Part shown: positions 1 to 8,878 of the stretch, piece by piece
How positions within the stretch are numbered: the first letter of the stretch is position 1
Layout: each line of letters begins with the position of its first letter
NCBI GenBank assembly: GCA_038140435.1
Contig: JAYQGE010000002.1
Location: 9,218 to 73,217, forward strand
Reading direction: 5' to 3'
Source: Rhodospirillaceae bacterium
GTDB lineage: Bacteria; Pseudomonadota; Alphaproteobacteria; UBA6615
DNA: 64,000 nucleotides
Notes under the pieces: model-generated
What the model was told of the DNA's origin: nothing
Seen by the model: the letters and a program-made list of their open reading frames with translations, nothing else
Database searches by the model: none
Position numbers and translations under genes: made by a program

Positions 1-68
1 GCCTTGCTGTCGGCGTCGTAATACACGTGGGCGTGGAAGGCCTCGAGGATTTTCGTGTCAGTGCTCAT
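1..68 (-). CDS. Partial CDS: only the N-terminus is in the window (MSTDTKILEAFHAHVYYDADSK...). Possible DOPA 4,5-dioxygenase (YgiD) family protein. The body of the gene lies off the left edge.
   Basis: The reverse complement of bases 1-68 starts with ATG and gives an F-H-A-H-V-Y-Y-D motif. This resembles the conserved N-terminus of the DOPA-dioxygenase family. The identification rests on about 22 residues only. Confidence 0.3.
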   Translation of the reverse strand, partial: MSTDTKILEAFHAHVYYDADSK

Positions 69-270
69 GGGATCAACATAGTCGGCCGTCGGGCCCGGTC
101 AACACGTGTCACCGCGGTGTTTGCCTTCACTTTTCGGCGGTTGCGGTTGACGCCGCGCAAGCGGGCTTGGTTTACTCGCGCACGACCGCCGCGTCCGGGC
201 CGGAATCCGGACGAAGTTCGACCCGTGGCCCTGTCCGTGCCGCGGTCTCAAGCGTTCCGGAAAGGCAGTC

Positions 271-1617
271 ATGCGGAACGCGGGCGCCAACGGGAGACGC
301 GCCGTGACATCCTTGGGATCCGGGCCGGCGATCCTCGACGCGCATCCGCGCGATCGGGGGCAGCTGCTCGATCATTTCAACTGGGTGCGCGGCGAGACCG
401 AGCGCCTCGCCGAGCCCCTGTCGGCCGAGGACCAGGTCGTCCAGTCGATGCCCGACGCGAGCCCGACCAAGTGGCACCGCGCCCATGTGACCTGGTTCTT
501 CGAGACCATGATCCTGCGCGAGTTCGCGCCTGACTATGTACCGCTCGACGAGCATTACTGCTTCCTCTTCAACTCCTACTACGACGCGGTCGGCGCCCGA
601 CACCCTCGGCCCGAGCGGGGTCTCCTGACCCGCCCGTCAGCCGAGGAGGTGAAGGCCTATCGCGATCATGTGGACGCGGCGATGCAGACGCTGATCGCCG
701 ATGCCGACGCCGACACCTGGAGCCAGGTCGCACCGCTGATCGTGCTGGGCCTGCATCACGAGCAGCAGCATCAGGAACTGCTCCTGATGGATATCCTGCA
801 TGCCTTCTCCCACAACAGCGTCGCGCCGGCCTATCAGGCCTACCGGTCGTCGGCGGCCCGCAAGACGCCCGAACTGCGCTGGTTCGACCATGACGGCGGG
901 CTGGTCGAGATCGGCCATGACGGGAGCGAGTTCGCTTTCGACAACGAGGGACCGCGCCACCAGGTCCACCTGGCGCCGTTCCGGCTGGCATCCCGGCTGG
1001 TGACCAACGGCGAGTGGAAGGACTTCATGGCCGACGGCGGCTATCACCGCCCCGAGCTCTGGCTGTCGGACGGCTGGGCCGCGGTCGGTGAACATGGCTG
1101 GGCGGCGCCGCTCTACTGGCAGGAAATCGACGGAGAATGGCACGCGATGTCGCTGTCGGGCCTGCAGCAGGTGAACGACCAGGCGCCGGTCTGTCACGTC
1201 AGCCTCTACGAGGCCGATGCCTATGCGCGCTGGGCCGGCAAGCGCCTGCCGCGCGAGGGCGAGTGGGAGGTGTTCGCCCGCGAGCAACCCGTCGCCGGAA
1301 ATTTCGTCGGATCGGGCCTGCTGCGGACCGCGCCGGCGACGGATGAGGCGCCCGACCGGCCGGAACAGATGTTCGGCGACGTGTGGGAGTGGACCCAGAG
1401 CCCCTATGTCCCCTATCCCGGCTTCAAGGCCGTCACCGGCGCCGTCGGTGAATACAACGGAAAGTTCATGGCCAACCAGTTCGTCCTTCGCGGCGGGGCC
1501 TGCGTGACGCCCGAGGGGCACACCCGCGCGACCTACCGCAACTTCTTCTATCCCGCCATGCGCTGGATCTTCGCCGGGGTGCGCCTCGCCGACGATGGCG
1601 CCGGAGAAACCCATTGA
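271..1617 (+). CDS. egtB: Ergothioneine biosynthesis protein EgtB (hercynine sulfoxide synthase). It has a DinB-like N-terminal domain and an FGE-sulfatase-like C-terminal domain.
   Basis: The 448-aa ORF has the DinB/iron-binding region (HHEQQHQELLLMDI) and an FGE-like C-terminal half (GDVWEWTQSPYVPYPGFK...RGGACVT). It is immediately followed by and coupled to egtD. The precise start codon is uncertain. Confidence 0.85.
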   Translation: MRNAGANGRRAVTSLGSGPAILDAHPRDRGQLLDHFNWVRGETERLAEPLSAEDQVVQSMPDASPTKWHRAHVTWFFETMILREFAPDYVPLDEHYCFLFNSYYDAVGARHPRPERGLLTRPSAEEVKAYRDHVDAAMQTLIADADADTWSQVAPLIVLGLHHEQQHQELLLMDILHAFSHNSVAPAYQAYRSSAARKTPELRWFDHDGGLVEIGHDGSEFAFDNEGPRHQVHLAPFRLASRLVTNGEWKDFMADGGYHRPELWLSDGWAAVGEHGWAAPLYWQEIDGEWHAMSLSGLQQVNDQAPVCHVSLYEADAYARWAGKRLPREGEWEVFAREQPVAGNFVGSGLLRTAPATDEAPDRPEQMFGDVWEWTQSPYVPYPGFKAVTGAVGEYNGKFMANQFVLRGGACVTPEGHTRATYRNFFYPAMRWIFAGVRLADDGAGETH

Positions 1618-2594
1618 GTGATGCGGCAGTGAGCCTTGGCCCGCTCCACGACTATGTGGAGTACGACCATGCGGCGGACAGCTTTCTCGACGACGTGCTC
1701 GAGGGGCTGGCGCAGTCCCAGAAGAAGCTGTCGAGCAAGTATTTCTATGACGAGCGCGGCTCGCAGCTCTTCGACGATATCTGCGAACTGCCGGAATACT
1801 ATCCGACCCGCACCGAAACCGGTCTGCTCGAGACCCATGCCGAGGAGTTCGCCGCCCTGATCGGCGCCAACGCCAGCGTGGTCGAGTTCGGCAGCGGGTC
1901 GAGCACGAAGATCCGCATCCTGCTGGACGCGCTCGAGACCCCGGCGGCGTACATCCCCGTCGATATCTCGCGCGAGCATCTGCTGGAATCGGCCAAGGCG
2001 CTGGCCGGTTCCTATCCGGCCCTGCCGGTCGTTCCCATCGCGGCGGACTACACCCAGCCCTTCGACCTGCCGGAGGTTTCCGGTGAGGCTGCGCGAATCG
2101 GCTTCTTTCCCGGCTCGACCATCGGCAACTTCACACGCGACGCGGCGGTGGACTTCCTGCGCGCCGCCGCGACCGACCTCGGCGCGGACAACGGGCTCCT
2201 CATCGGGGTCGATCTGCGCAAGGACGAGGGCGTGCTGCACGCCGCGTACAACGATGCGGCCGGGGTGACGGCGGAGTTCAATCTGAACGTGCTCCGGCGG
2301 GTGAACGACGAGCTGGGCGGCGACTTCGACCTCGATGCGTTCTCCCATGACGCACGTTGGGTCGCGGACAAGGGCCGGATCGAGATGCACCTGGTGAGCG
2401 ATCGCGACCAGCGGGTCCGGGTCGATGGGCACAGCTTCGCATTCGCGGCCGGGGAATCCATTCACACGGAGGACTCCCACAAATACGACGTGGACGAGTT
2501 CCAGACGCTTGCCGCCAAGGCTGGCTGGCGCGCCTTCCGCCATTGGACCGACGAAGACGAGCTGTTCTCGCTGCATTATCTGCGGGTGGCGTAG
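1614..2594 (+). CDS. egtD: L-histidine N-alpha-methyltransferase EgtD (hercynine synthase).
   Basis: The 326-aa ORF has the KYFYDERGSQLFDDICELPEYYPTRTE motif typical of EgtD and a SAM methyltransferase fold (VVEFGSGSS). It appears to start at a TTG that overlaps the egtB stop in a TTGA arrangement. Confidence 0.85.
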   Translation: MSDAAVSLGPLHDYVEYDHAADSFLDDVLEGLAQSQKKLSSKYFYDERGSQLFDDICELPEYYPTRTETGLLETHAEEFAALIGANASVVEFGSGSSTKIRILLDALETPAAYIPVDISREHLLESAKALAGSYPALPVVPIAADYTQPFDLPEVSGEAARIGFFPGSTIGNFTRDAAVDFLRAAATDLGADNGLLIGVDLRKDEGVLHAAYNDAAGVTAEFNLNVLRRVNDELGGDFDLDAFSHDARWVADKGRIEMHLVSDRDQRVRVDGHSFAFAAGESIHTEDSHKYDVDEFQTLAAKAGWRAFRHWTDEDELFSLHYLRVA

Positions 2595-2709
2595 GCGGCG
2601 ATCACGCCTGTCGCCTCTCACATTATGAGAGGAATTGGCCTGACCTCTGCAAATATCGCCCCACTGCCAATAATGCGGAACAAGGTGCATCACCGTCAGG
2701 GACGAGATC

Positions 2710-3696
2710 ATGACCATGCAGACCCGCGTTGCACGTATTCATGAGTATGGAGATCCGGACGTCATCCGGATCGAGACCGACACGCTGCCCGACCCCGGTC
2801 CCGGCGAGGTGGTGCTGAAGCAGTCGGCGGCCGCGATCCACTTCGCGGATTCCTACATGCGCCAGGGCCGCTACTTCCTGAAGCCGCCCCTGCCGACGGT
2901 GCTCGGCCTCGAGGGTGTCGGGACCGTCGCGGCCGTCGGCGACGGTGTCGCGGATCACAAGGAGGGCGACCGGGCGGCCTACCTCTTCAACGTGGGCGCC
3001 CATGCCGACGCGCGGATCGTGCCGGCCGAGGCGCTTTATGTGCCGCCGGCCGATCTCGACGACCGGACCGTCGTCGCGGCCTTCGTGCGCACGATGACCG
3101 CCCAGTATCTGCTGCGCCAGACCTACCGGGTCGCGGCGGGGGAGACGATCCTCGTGCACTCTGCCGCGGGGGGCATGGGCACGACCCTCAGCCAGTGGGC
3201 GTCGCACCTCGGTGTGAAGGTGATCGGCACCGTGAGTTCGCCCGACAAGTTCCTGGCGGCGGAGGAGGCCGGCTGTGCCCATGTGATCGACTACACGAAG
3301 GAAGACTTCGCCGACGCCGTCATGGATATCACCGGCGGGGCGGGTGTGCCGGTTGTCTACGACGCGGTGGGCGCGGATACCTACGAGGGCAATGTGCGCG
3401 CGCTGGCGCCGCGGGGCTGGTTCATCAACTACGGCCATGCCTCGGGGCCGCCGCCCATCGATGCGCTTGAGCTCAACCAGAAGTCCCTGATCTTCACCAA
3501 GGCGTCGATGAAGGACTATGCGGCGACGCCCGAGGCGAAGGCGGCGATGATGGAAGAGGTGGTGGCGGCGATCGCCGACGGCACCGTGAAGCCGAATATT
3601 ACGGGCACCTACGAGCTGGCCGACATCGCCGACGCGCACACGGCGCTGGACTCGCGCACCACGACCGGCGCGCTGGTGGCGGTGTTCGAAAACTGA
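2710..3696 (+). CDS. qor: NADPH:quinone oxidoreductase of the zinc-independent medium-chain dehydrogenase/reductase (Qor-like) family.
   Basis: The 328-aa ORF has a GroES-like N-terminal domain and a Rossmann region (AAGGMGTTLSQWASHLGVKVIGTVSS) characteristic of quinone oxidoreductases. Confidence 0.8.
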   Translation: MTMQTRVARIHEYGDPDVIRIETDTLPDPGPGEVVLKQSAAAIHFADSYMRQGRYFLKPPLPTVLGLEGVGTVAAVGDGVADHKEGDRAAYLFNVGAHADARIVPAEALYVPPADLDDRTVVAAFVRTMTAQYLLRQTYRVAAGETILVHSAAGGMGTTLSQWASHLGVKVIGTVSSPDKFLAAEEAGCAHVIDYTKEDFADAVMDITGGAGVPVVYDAVGADTYEGNVRALAPRGWFINYGHASGPPPIDALELNQKSLIFTKASMKDYAATPEAKAAMMEEVVAAIADGTVKPNITGTYELADIADAHTALDSRTTTGALVAVFEN

Positions 3697-3702
3697 CCGC
3701 GC

Positions 3703-3742
3703 AAACGAAAACCCCTCCCCCGCAAGGGGAAGGGGTTTCGCG
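3703..3742. terminator. GC-rich hairpin (AAACCCCTCCCC-GCAA-GGGGAAGGGGTTT) between the convergent qor and LeuA-family genes. It has a T-run on the minus-strand side and probably terminates the minus-strand gene, possibly acting in both directions.
   Basis: Near-perfect inverted repeat of 12-13 bp arms around a GCAA loop. On the minus-strand transcript it is followed by UUUUCG. Confidence 0.5.
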
Positions 3743-3763
3743 AACTCTCGGTAGAGGCTGGCT

Positions 3764-4990
3764 CTACTTGTCGATCAGGCCCTCGGCGAGCGCCTTGAAC
3801 TCGTCCTCGGTCATCAGGCGCTTGTGGACCAGCGCCCAGTCCTTGACGGCCATCAGGATTTCCATGGCCTTCTCTTCCTCGACGCGGATCTGGAAGCGCT
3901 CGAGCCACTCCTTCACCGTGTCGATGCCGGAGCCCTTGCCCATGACGGTCTCGGGCTCGGCCTGGCCGACCATGCGCGGGCGGAACGGCATGACCTCGGT
4001 CTGGAACTCGTCGCCGCAGTTGAGCAGCCAGGTGGCGATGATGCCCGACTCGACCTTGAACAGGTCGTCGCCGACCACCGGCCGGTTCGACGGCACGACG
4101 ACGCCGGTGACGTCGCGGACCAGGTCGGCGAGCCACTTGAGCTTGTCGAGCTTGATGCCGATGTCGATGTCGTAGAGCGTGCGCAGCGCCATAACGGTCT
4201 CTTCCATCGGCACGTTGCCGGCGCGCTCGCCGACACCCAGGACGGTGGACTGGATGACCTCGACGCCCTCGGACAGGGCCATGATCGTGTTCGCCACGCC
4301 CATGCCGTAGTCCATGTGGAAGTGCGCCTCCATGGGGATGTCCGGGAAGCGGGCCTTCATCGAGCGCACGAAATACTGCATCGCGTGGATCGAGGTGGCA
4401 CCCATCGTGTCGACGAGGGCGAGGCCGTCCATGTGGCCTTCCTTGCCGACGCGGTCGATCAGGTCGATCACCCAGTTCAGGTCCGAACGGGTGAAGTCGA
4501 TCGGGAAGAACACGACCTCGAGGCCGTTGTCATGGGCGAACTTGGTGGACTCGATCGAGAGGTCGATCGCCCGCTCGAGCTCCCACTGGTAGCCGTACTG
4601 GATCAGGTGCGGGCTCGCCGGCACCTCCATGATGACGCCGCCGACGCCAGCATCGACCGCGCGCTTGACGTCCTCGACCATGCAGCGGGCGAACGCATAG
4701 ACGGTCGGGCCGAAGTCGCGCTTGGCGAGCTCCTGGACGACCTTGGCATCGTCCTTGGAGACGACCGGCATGCCGGCCTCGATGCGCTGGACGCCGACTT
4801 CGGCGAGGCCCTCGGCGATGCGGATCTTGTCGTCGAAGTTGAACGCGAGGCCCGCCTGCTGCTCGCCGTCACGCAGGGTGACGTCGTGGATGCGGATGTT
4901 GTCGGGGAACTTCCAGTCCTTCGTCACTTCGTCGGCGAAGTTCCACGGGCTGGTGAACCAGTCGTCTGTTTTCCACGGTGTATCGGTCAT
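3764..4990 (-). CDS. LeuA-family DRE-TIM metallolyase (homocitrate / 2-isopropylmalate / citramalate synthase-like). It lacks the C-terminal regulatory domain.
   Basis: Motifs are VTLRDGEQ near the N-terminus and HFHMDYGMGVANT...GVGERAGNVPMEE near the C-terminus. There is a GGAGG ribosome-binding site before the ATG at 4988-4990. An N-terminal ~35-aa Trp/Asp-rich extension (MTDTPWKTDDWFTSPWNFADEVTKDWKF) precedes the catalytic barrel. The long ORF upstream of this Met is probably not translated. Confidence 0.75.
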   Translation of the reverse strand: MTDTPWKTDDWFTSPWNFADEVTKDWKFPDNIRIHDVTLRDGEQQAGLAFNFDDKIRIAEGLAEVGVQRIEAGMPVVSKDDAKVVQELAKRDFGPTVYAFARCMVEDVKRAVDAGVGGVIMEVPASPHLIQYGYQWELERAIDLSIESTKFAHDNGLEVVFFPIDFTRSDLNWVIDLIDRVGKEGHMDGLALVDTMGATSIHAMQYFVRSMKARFPDIPMEAHFHMDYGMGVANTIMALSEGVEVIQSTVLGVGERAGNVPMEETVMALRTLYDIDIGIKLDKLKWLADLVRDVTGVVVPSNRPVVGDDLFKVESGIIATWLLNCGDEFQTEVMPFRPRMVGQAEPETVMGKGSGIDTVKEWLERFQIRVEEEKAMEILMAVKDWALVHKRLMTEDEFKALAEGLIDK

Positions 4991-5203
4991 GAGTTTTGCC
5001 TCCTCGCGCGCCCCATTTCGTTGCGCCGGTCGGTAGTTGTCGGGTGAGAAAAAGCCCGGAACATACCCCGGCCAAATTTCGCGCGGACTGTATGAAACCG
5101 CCCGGGACGAGTCAACGCGAAGCCCCGCGCTGGCTCTGCCGTTCATGGCACAAGTTTTGGTCTGGAAATTCGGGAGAACGGATGCCCTGTCCGGCGCGCG
5201 CGC

Positions 5204-5641
5204 CTACTGGCAGAGACCGCGCAGGATCCGGTAGGAGACCTCGGTGTCGTCCGTGGTCGCGCCGATAAACCGGTACCAGGCCGGGAAGTTGTAGGACGCG
5301 GTTCCGGCGCGTTTGGCGGCCAGGAAGGCCTCGTTGGGCTGCCAGTCGTCGCCCTCGAAGCCCGCGACCTCGACCCGGTAGGCGTCGGGTTGCGTTCCCC
5401 ACCATTGCAGGCATTGATTGCTGCCGACGCGGATTGGCGCACTCGGTGCCCCGCCGGCGAGGGAGAGGAGGTTCGACGCACCGTCCCGTTCGCGAGGTTC
5501 CGGGTCCTGGTTGATATCCGAAACAACCTCGACCGCGGCCGGGCTTGTCGTTTCCGTATCGACGGCGAAGTGGCGCCCGGCGATGACGACAAGCGCGGCA
5601 ATAATGGCGACGAGGATGATCTCGCGGCGTTTCCTGAGCAT
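5204..5641 (-). CDS. Hypothetical protein with an N-terminal membrane anchor or signal sequence, 145 aa.
   Basis: N-terminus is MLRKRREIILVAIIAALVVIAG, followed by a soluble domain with two Cys residues (…NQCLQWW…RGLCQ). It is co-directional with and downstream of pyrD. There is no clear ribosome-binding site and I recognise no family. Confidence 0.45.
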   Translation of the reverse strand: MLRKRREIILVAIIAALVVIAGRHFAVDTETTSPAAVEVVSDINQDPEPRERDGASNLLSLAGGAPSAPIRVGSNQCLQWWGTQPDAYRVEVAGFEGDDWQPNEAFLAAKRAGTASYNFPAWYRFIGATTDDTEVSYRILRGLCQ

Positions 5642-5699
5642 CGGCGGGGCCCATACGGTTACGGGATGCGCCTCTCGTGGCGCGTGAGCGGTCAGGCTA

Positions 5700-6767
5700 T
5701 CACGTACGGTGTTCGCTGCCGACAGCTTCGGTAATGTTCGCATGGCCGTCGCGCGCGAGCGCGTCCGCCAGGTCCCGCTTGATGCGCTGGACGAGTCCGG
5801 GCCCGCCATAGACCAGGCCGGTGTAGAGCTGCACCAGACTCGCGCCGGCCCGGATCTTCGTGTAGGCGTCCGCGCCGCTCATGATGCCGCCGACGCCGAT
5901 CAGCGGCACCGTGCCGCCGGTCTGGTCATAGACTTTCCGCAGCATGGCGTTGGACATCTCGAACAGTGGCGTGCCGGACAGGCCACCGCGCTCTTTCGCA
6001 TGCGGGCTCGCAAGCGATTCCGGCCGTGCGGTCGTGGTGTTGCACAGGGTGATGGCGTCGATGCCCGCGGCCACGATGATCGTGATCAGCTCGCGCAGAT
6101 GGCCGGCTTCGAGGTCCGGGGCGAGCTTGGCCACCATCGCGGGCCGGGCGCCGGATGCGTCGCGCGCGGCTTTGAGGCGCGCCAGCAGGTCCTCCAGCGC
6201 ACGCGGTTCGAGGAAGACCTGGCCGTTTTCCGTGTTGGGGCAGGACACGTCGATGGTCAGGTAATCGCCCGCCTGCGCAAAGCCCGCGACCAGGTCGATG
6301 AAGTCCTGCGCCGGGTCGTCGCTGGTCGCGTTTGCCGCCAGGTTGACCCCGATGGGTGGCAGCGCGTTGCCGCTGGCCCGGTGGGCCTCGAGGCGGGCGC
6401 GCACCGCGTCGGCTCCGTCATTGTTGAAACCCAGACGGTTGATCGCCGCGCGGTCGGGGGTCAGGCGAAACAGCCGGGGGCGCGGGTTCCCGGCCTGGGG
6501 CCGTGGCGTGACGCCGCCCACCTCGATGAATCCGCCGCCCAGGCGCGCGACACCGGCGACCGCAACTGCATTCTTGTCGAAGCCGGCCGAGACGCCGACC
6601 GGGTTCGCGAACCGGAGGCCGAAGAGCGTTTGCTCGAGGACGGGAAAATCATCCGCCCGTTCGCGCGGGCCCAGGCCCGAGGACAGGCCACGCAATGCCA
6701 GCCCATGCGCCGTTTCCGGCGGAAACAGGCGGAGCGCGAGATTGCCGATCTGATGGATGCTGCCCAA
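5700..6767 (-). CDS. pyrD: Dihydroorotate dehydrogenase (quinone), class 2.
   Basis: The 355-aa ORF has GFDKNA, GGFIEVGGVTPRPQAGNPRPRLFRL, GVNLAAN and LIGVGGI motifs typical of PyrD. Confidence 0.9.
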   Translation of the reverse strand: MGSIHQIGNLALRLFPPETAHGLALRGLSSGLGPRERADDFPVLEQTLFGLRFANPVGVSAGFDKNAVAVAGVARLGGGFIEVGGVTPRPQAGNPRPRLFRLTPDRAAINRLGFNNDGADAVRARLEAHRASGNALPPIGVNLAANATSDDPAQDFIDLVAGFAQAGDYLTIDVSCPNTENGQVFLEPRALEDLLARLKAARDASGARPAMVAKLAPDLEAGHLRELITIIVAAGIDAITLCNTTTARPESLASPHAKERGGLSGTPLFEMSNAMLRKVYDQTGGTVPLIGVGGIMSGADAYTKIRAGASLVQLYTGLVYGGPGLVQRIKRDLADALARDGHANITEAVGSEHRT

Positions 6768-6821
6768 AACGGCGCGGAGGCTAGCGCAGAACGTGCGCGT
6801 GGAGAAGGGGCAGCTATGATC

Positions 6822-7883
6822 CTAGCTGTTGTTGCCGTCTCCGCTGGCGTCGCGTGCAATGCGTGCCGCGACGAGGCGGTCGGCCTCCGCGATCTCCTGG
6901 GGTGTCAGGCGTGAGACCACCCGCTGCCGCAGTTCGGAGGCCGCCGTGTTTCCGTGATGCGCCGAAAGCGAAGCCCAGATGTACGCTACCAGGGGGTCCT
7001 CCTGGGTGCCTGCGCCCTTGGAATGGGCCTGGGCGAGGCGGTACTGGGCGGTTGCATCGGACTGGACGGCCGCCAGTGTCCACCATTCGTAAGCGCGCTG
7101 GTGGTCGGGCTTGCAGTCAATCCCGTTGTTGTGGAGGTCGCCGAGCCGAAGCTGGGCCTCGGCCAAACCGCTCTCCGCAGCGCGCTCAATCCAGAGTAGT
7201 CCGCGCTTCGGGTCGTAGTCGCCCGCGAGACCGCGCATCAGTGTATCGCCGAAAAGAAGCTGCGCCTTGTGGTGGCCGGCTTCGGCCGCCTCGGCCAGCC
7301 AGCCGGCCGCCTTTTCCGGATTCATGCGAACAATCTTGCCGTCGAGAAGGATGCGTGCGCCCAGATACTGGGCGTCCGCGTTGCCTTCATCGGCGGCGAT
7401 GGTCAGCCAGTGGACCGCTTCCTTGCCGTCCTTGCGCACGCCATTGCCGCGATAATACTGGCGGCCAAGCAGGTAGGCTGCGTCGGCATACCCCTGTTCG
7501 GCGGACATGCGATAGAGGATATGTGCCTCTTCGACATCCTTGATGCCGCCGATCCCCTGTTCGTACATGCGTCCGAGCACGGCCTGGGCCGGTGGATAGT
7601 TGGACGATGCGGATTTTTCGAGCCAGTCGCGCGCGACCTCGGGGTTGGCGTCGAAGCCCCGGCCAAGCAGGTACATGGTTCCGAGGAGCCATTGCGCGGC
7701 AGGGTTTCCGCCTGCCGCGTCGGATTTCGCCAGCCGGCGCGCCCGGTCGTAGTCCTTGGCCATATAATGATCGAATGCGGTCGCGAAATCGGCTGCGGCG
7801 GAAGCGGCATGGCCGAAGAGCCCCAGTATCGTTGCGGCTGCAAGCGCGGCTCGCGCGTGGCGGACGAACCCGGAATGGCTCAT
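6822..7883 (-). CDS. Sel1-repeat (TPR-like) secreted protein.
   Basis: Multiple repeats of the type AQxxLGxMYxxGxGVxxDxxxAxxWxxxAAxxG. There is a signal peptide (MSHSGFVRHARAALAAATILGLFGHAASAAA) and a GGAGGAG ribosome-binding site upstream of the Met at 7881-7883. Confidence 0.8.
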   Translation of the reverse strand: MSHSGFVRHARAALAAATILGLFGHAASAAADFATAFDHYMAKDYDRARRLAKSDAAGGNPAAQWLLGTMYLLGRGFDANPEVARDWLEKSASSNYPPAQAVLGRMYEQGIGGIKDVEEAHILYRMSAEQGYADAAYLLGRQYYRGNGVRKDGKEAVHWLTIAADEGNADAQYLGARILLDGKIVRMNPEKAAGWLAEAAEAGHHKAQLLFGDTLMRGLAGDYDPKRGLLWIERAAESGLAEAQLRLGDLHNNGIDCKPDHQRAYEWWTLAAVQSDATAQYRLAQAHSKGAGTQEDPLVAYIWASLSAHHGNTAASELRQRVVSRLTPQEIAEADRLVAARIARDASGDGNNS

Positions 7884-7998
7884 CGAAAATACTCCTCCGG
7901 CGCGGTGGCTTGATACCGCGCCCAATCGCGAGCGATGTTACAGGAATCGGCCCGGCGGTGAAGTCCGCCGTTCGAATTTTTCGCATGGTCCCGGAGGG

Positions 7999-8637
7999 CT
8001 AGGTCACGCGATCGATGAAGGCTGTGACATGCTTCACGGCGGCATCGATATTGTCGGCCTCGGTCCGGCCGGAAGATTTGCGCGGCACGAAGGAATGATC
8101 GCCGTCATCGATCCACGCGATCTCAACCGGGGCTGCGAGCCTGTAGGCGTCGACATCGTCGGGGGCCCCGAACCGGTCGCGATCGCCCTGGACGATCAGG
8201 ACGGGACGGGTCGCCTTTTGCAGCGGTTCGAGCCGTGTCTTCTCGGGTTTGCCGGGAGGGTGAAAAGGATATCCGAGGCAGATCACGCCGGCGATGTCCG
8301 GTCCGTTTCCCGACCAGTGTTCCGGATCGGCAGCGAAGGTGGCGGCGGCGCGGCCGCCCATCGACTTGCCGCCGATAAAAACGGGCGCGGCCGGCCCGGG
8401 AAGCTCGGAGAGCATCGTGCGCCAGGTCTCGAGCAGCACCGACATCCGATCAGGGCCGCGCCGTTTGCCGTCGTCGCGCCGTTTCGCCATGTAGGGAAAC
8501 TCGAAACGGATTGCCTGCACGCCCGCAGCTGCGAGGCCGCCGCTGACCGCGTTCATGAAGGGGGTGTCCATCGGGGCGCCGGCACCGTGGGCAAAGAGAA
8601 AACGTGCCCGGGGCGCCGCGGGACCGTCGATCAGCAT
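7999..8637 (-). CDS. Alpha/beta-fold hydrolase (dienelactone hydrolase / KANL3-Tex30-like family).
   Basis: The 212-aa ORF has GKSMGG as the nucleophile elbow (GxSxG) and an overall alpha/beta hydrolase pattern (FAHGAGAPMD…, later D and H). Confidence 0.7.
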   Translation of the reverse strand: MLIDGPAAPRARFLFAHGAGAPMDTPFMNAVSGGLAAAGVQAIRFEFPYMAKRRDDGKRRGPDRMSVLLETWRTMLSELPGPAAPVFIGGKSMGGRAAATFAADPEHWSGNGPDIAGVICLGYPFHPPGKPEKTRLEPLQKATRPVLIVQGDRDRFGAPDDVDAYRLAAPVEIAWIDDGDHSFVPRKSSGRTEADNIDAAVKHVTAFIDRVT

Positions 8638-8656
8638 TCGGGTGTCGCTCCGCCGT

Positions 8657-8878
8657 CTAGTCGTACGGCGTTAACTGCACCACCGCGTTCTTGTTGATCA
8701 AGTGGACGATTCCGGCCTCGTCGATGAAGGGAAAGAAAGGTTCCGGCGCGTTCAGCAGATCCTGGATGCGCGACGTCGCCTCGACGAAGACCTGGCCGCT
8801 CATGTCAGCCCCGTCACGCAGCCGCAGGTCCGCGCGGACGCGCACCTTCGGAATCTTCGGAAAACGTACCGCCATCAT
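8657..8878 (-). CDS. Small hypothetical protein of about 73 aa. The ORF track extends it to 8935, and alternative starts lie at 8905 and 8935.
   Basis: Protein-like composition (…VRFPKIPKVRVRADLRLRDGADMSGQVFVEATSRIQDLLNAPEPFFPFIDEAGIVHLINKNAVVQLTPYD). It sits directly upstream of and co-directional with the hydrolase gene. I recognise no family. Confidence 0.4.
   Translation of the reverse strand: MMAVRFPKIPKVRVRADLRLRDGADMSGQVFVEATSRIQDLLNAPEPFFPFIDEAGIVHLINKNAVVQLTPYD

Noticed and set aside
85-100. ACACGTGT (E-box-like) 8-bp palindrome upstream of egtB.
   Set aside because: It is too short and too common to treat as a specific operator without corroboration.
2606-2624. Hairpin CCTCTCA-CATTA-TGAGAGG just after the egtD stop, considered as a terminator.
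   Set aside because: It has a short 7-bp stem with no following U-tract. It may be a weak structure or a regulator site, but there is not enough evidence to call it a terminator.
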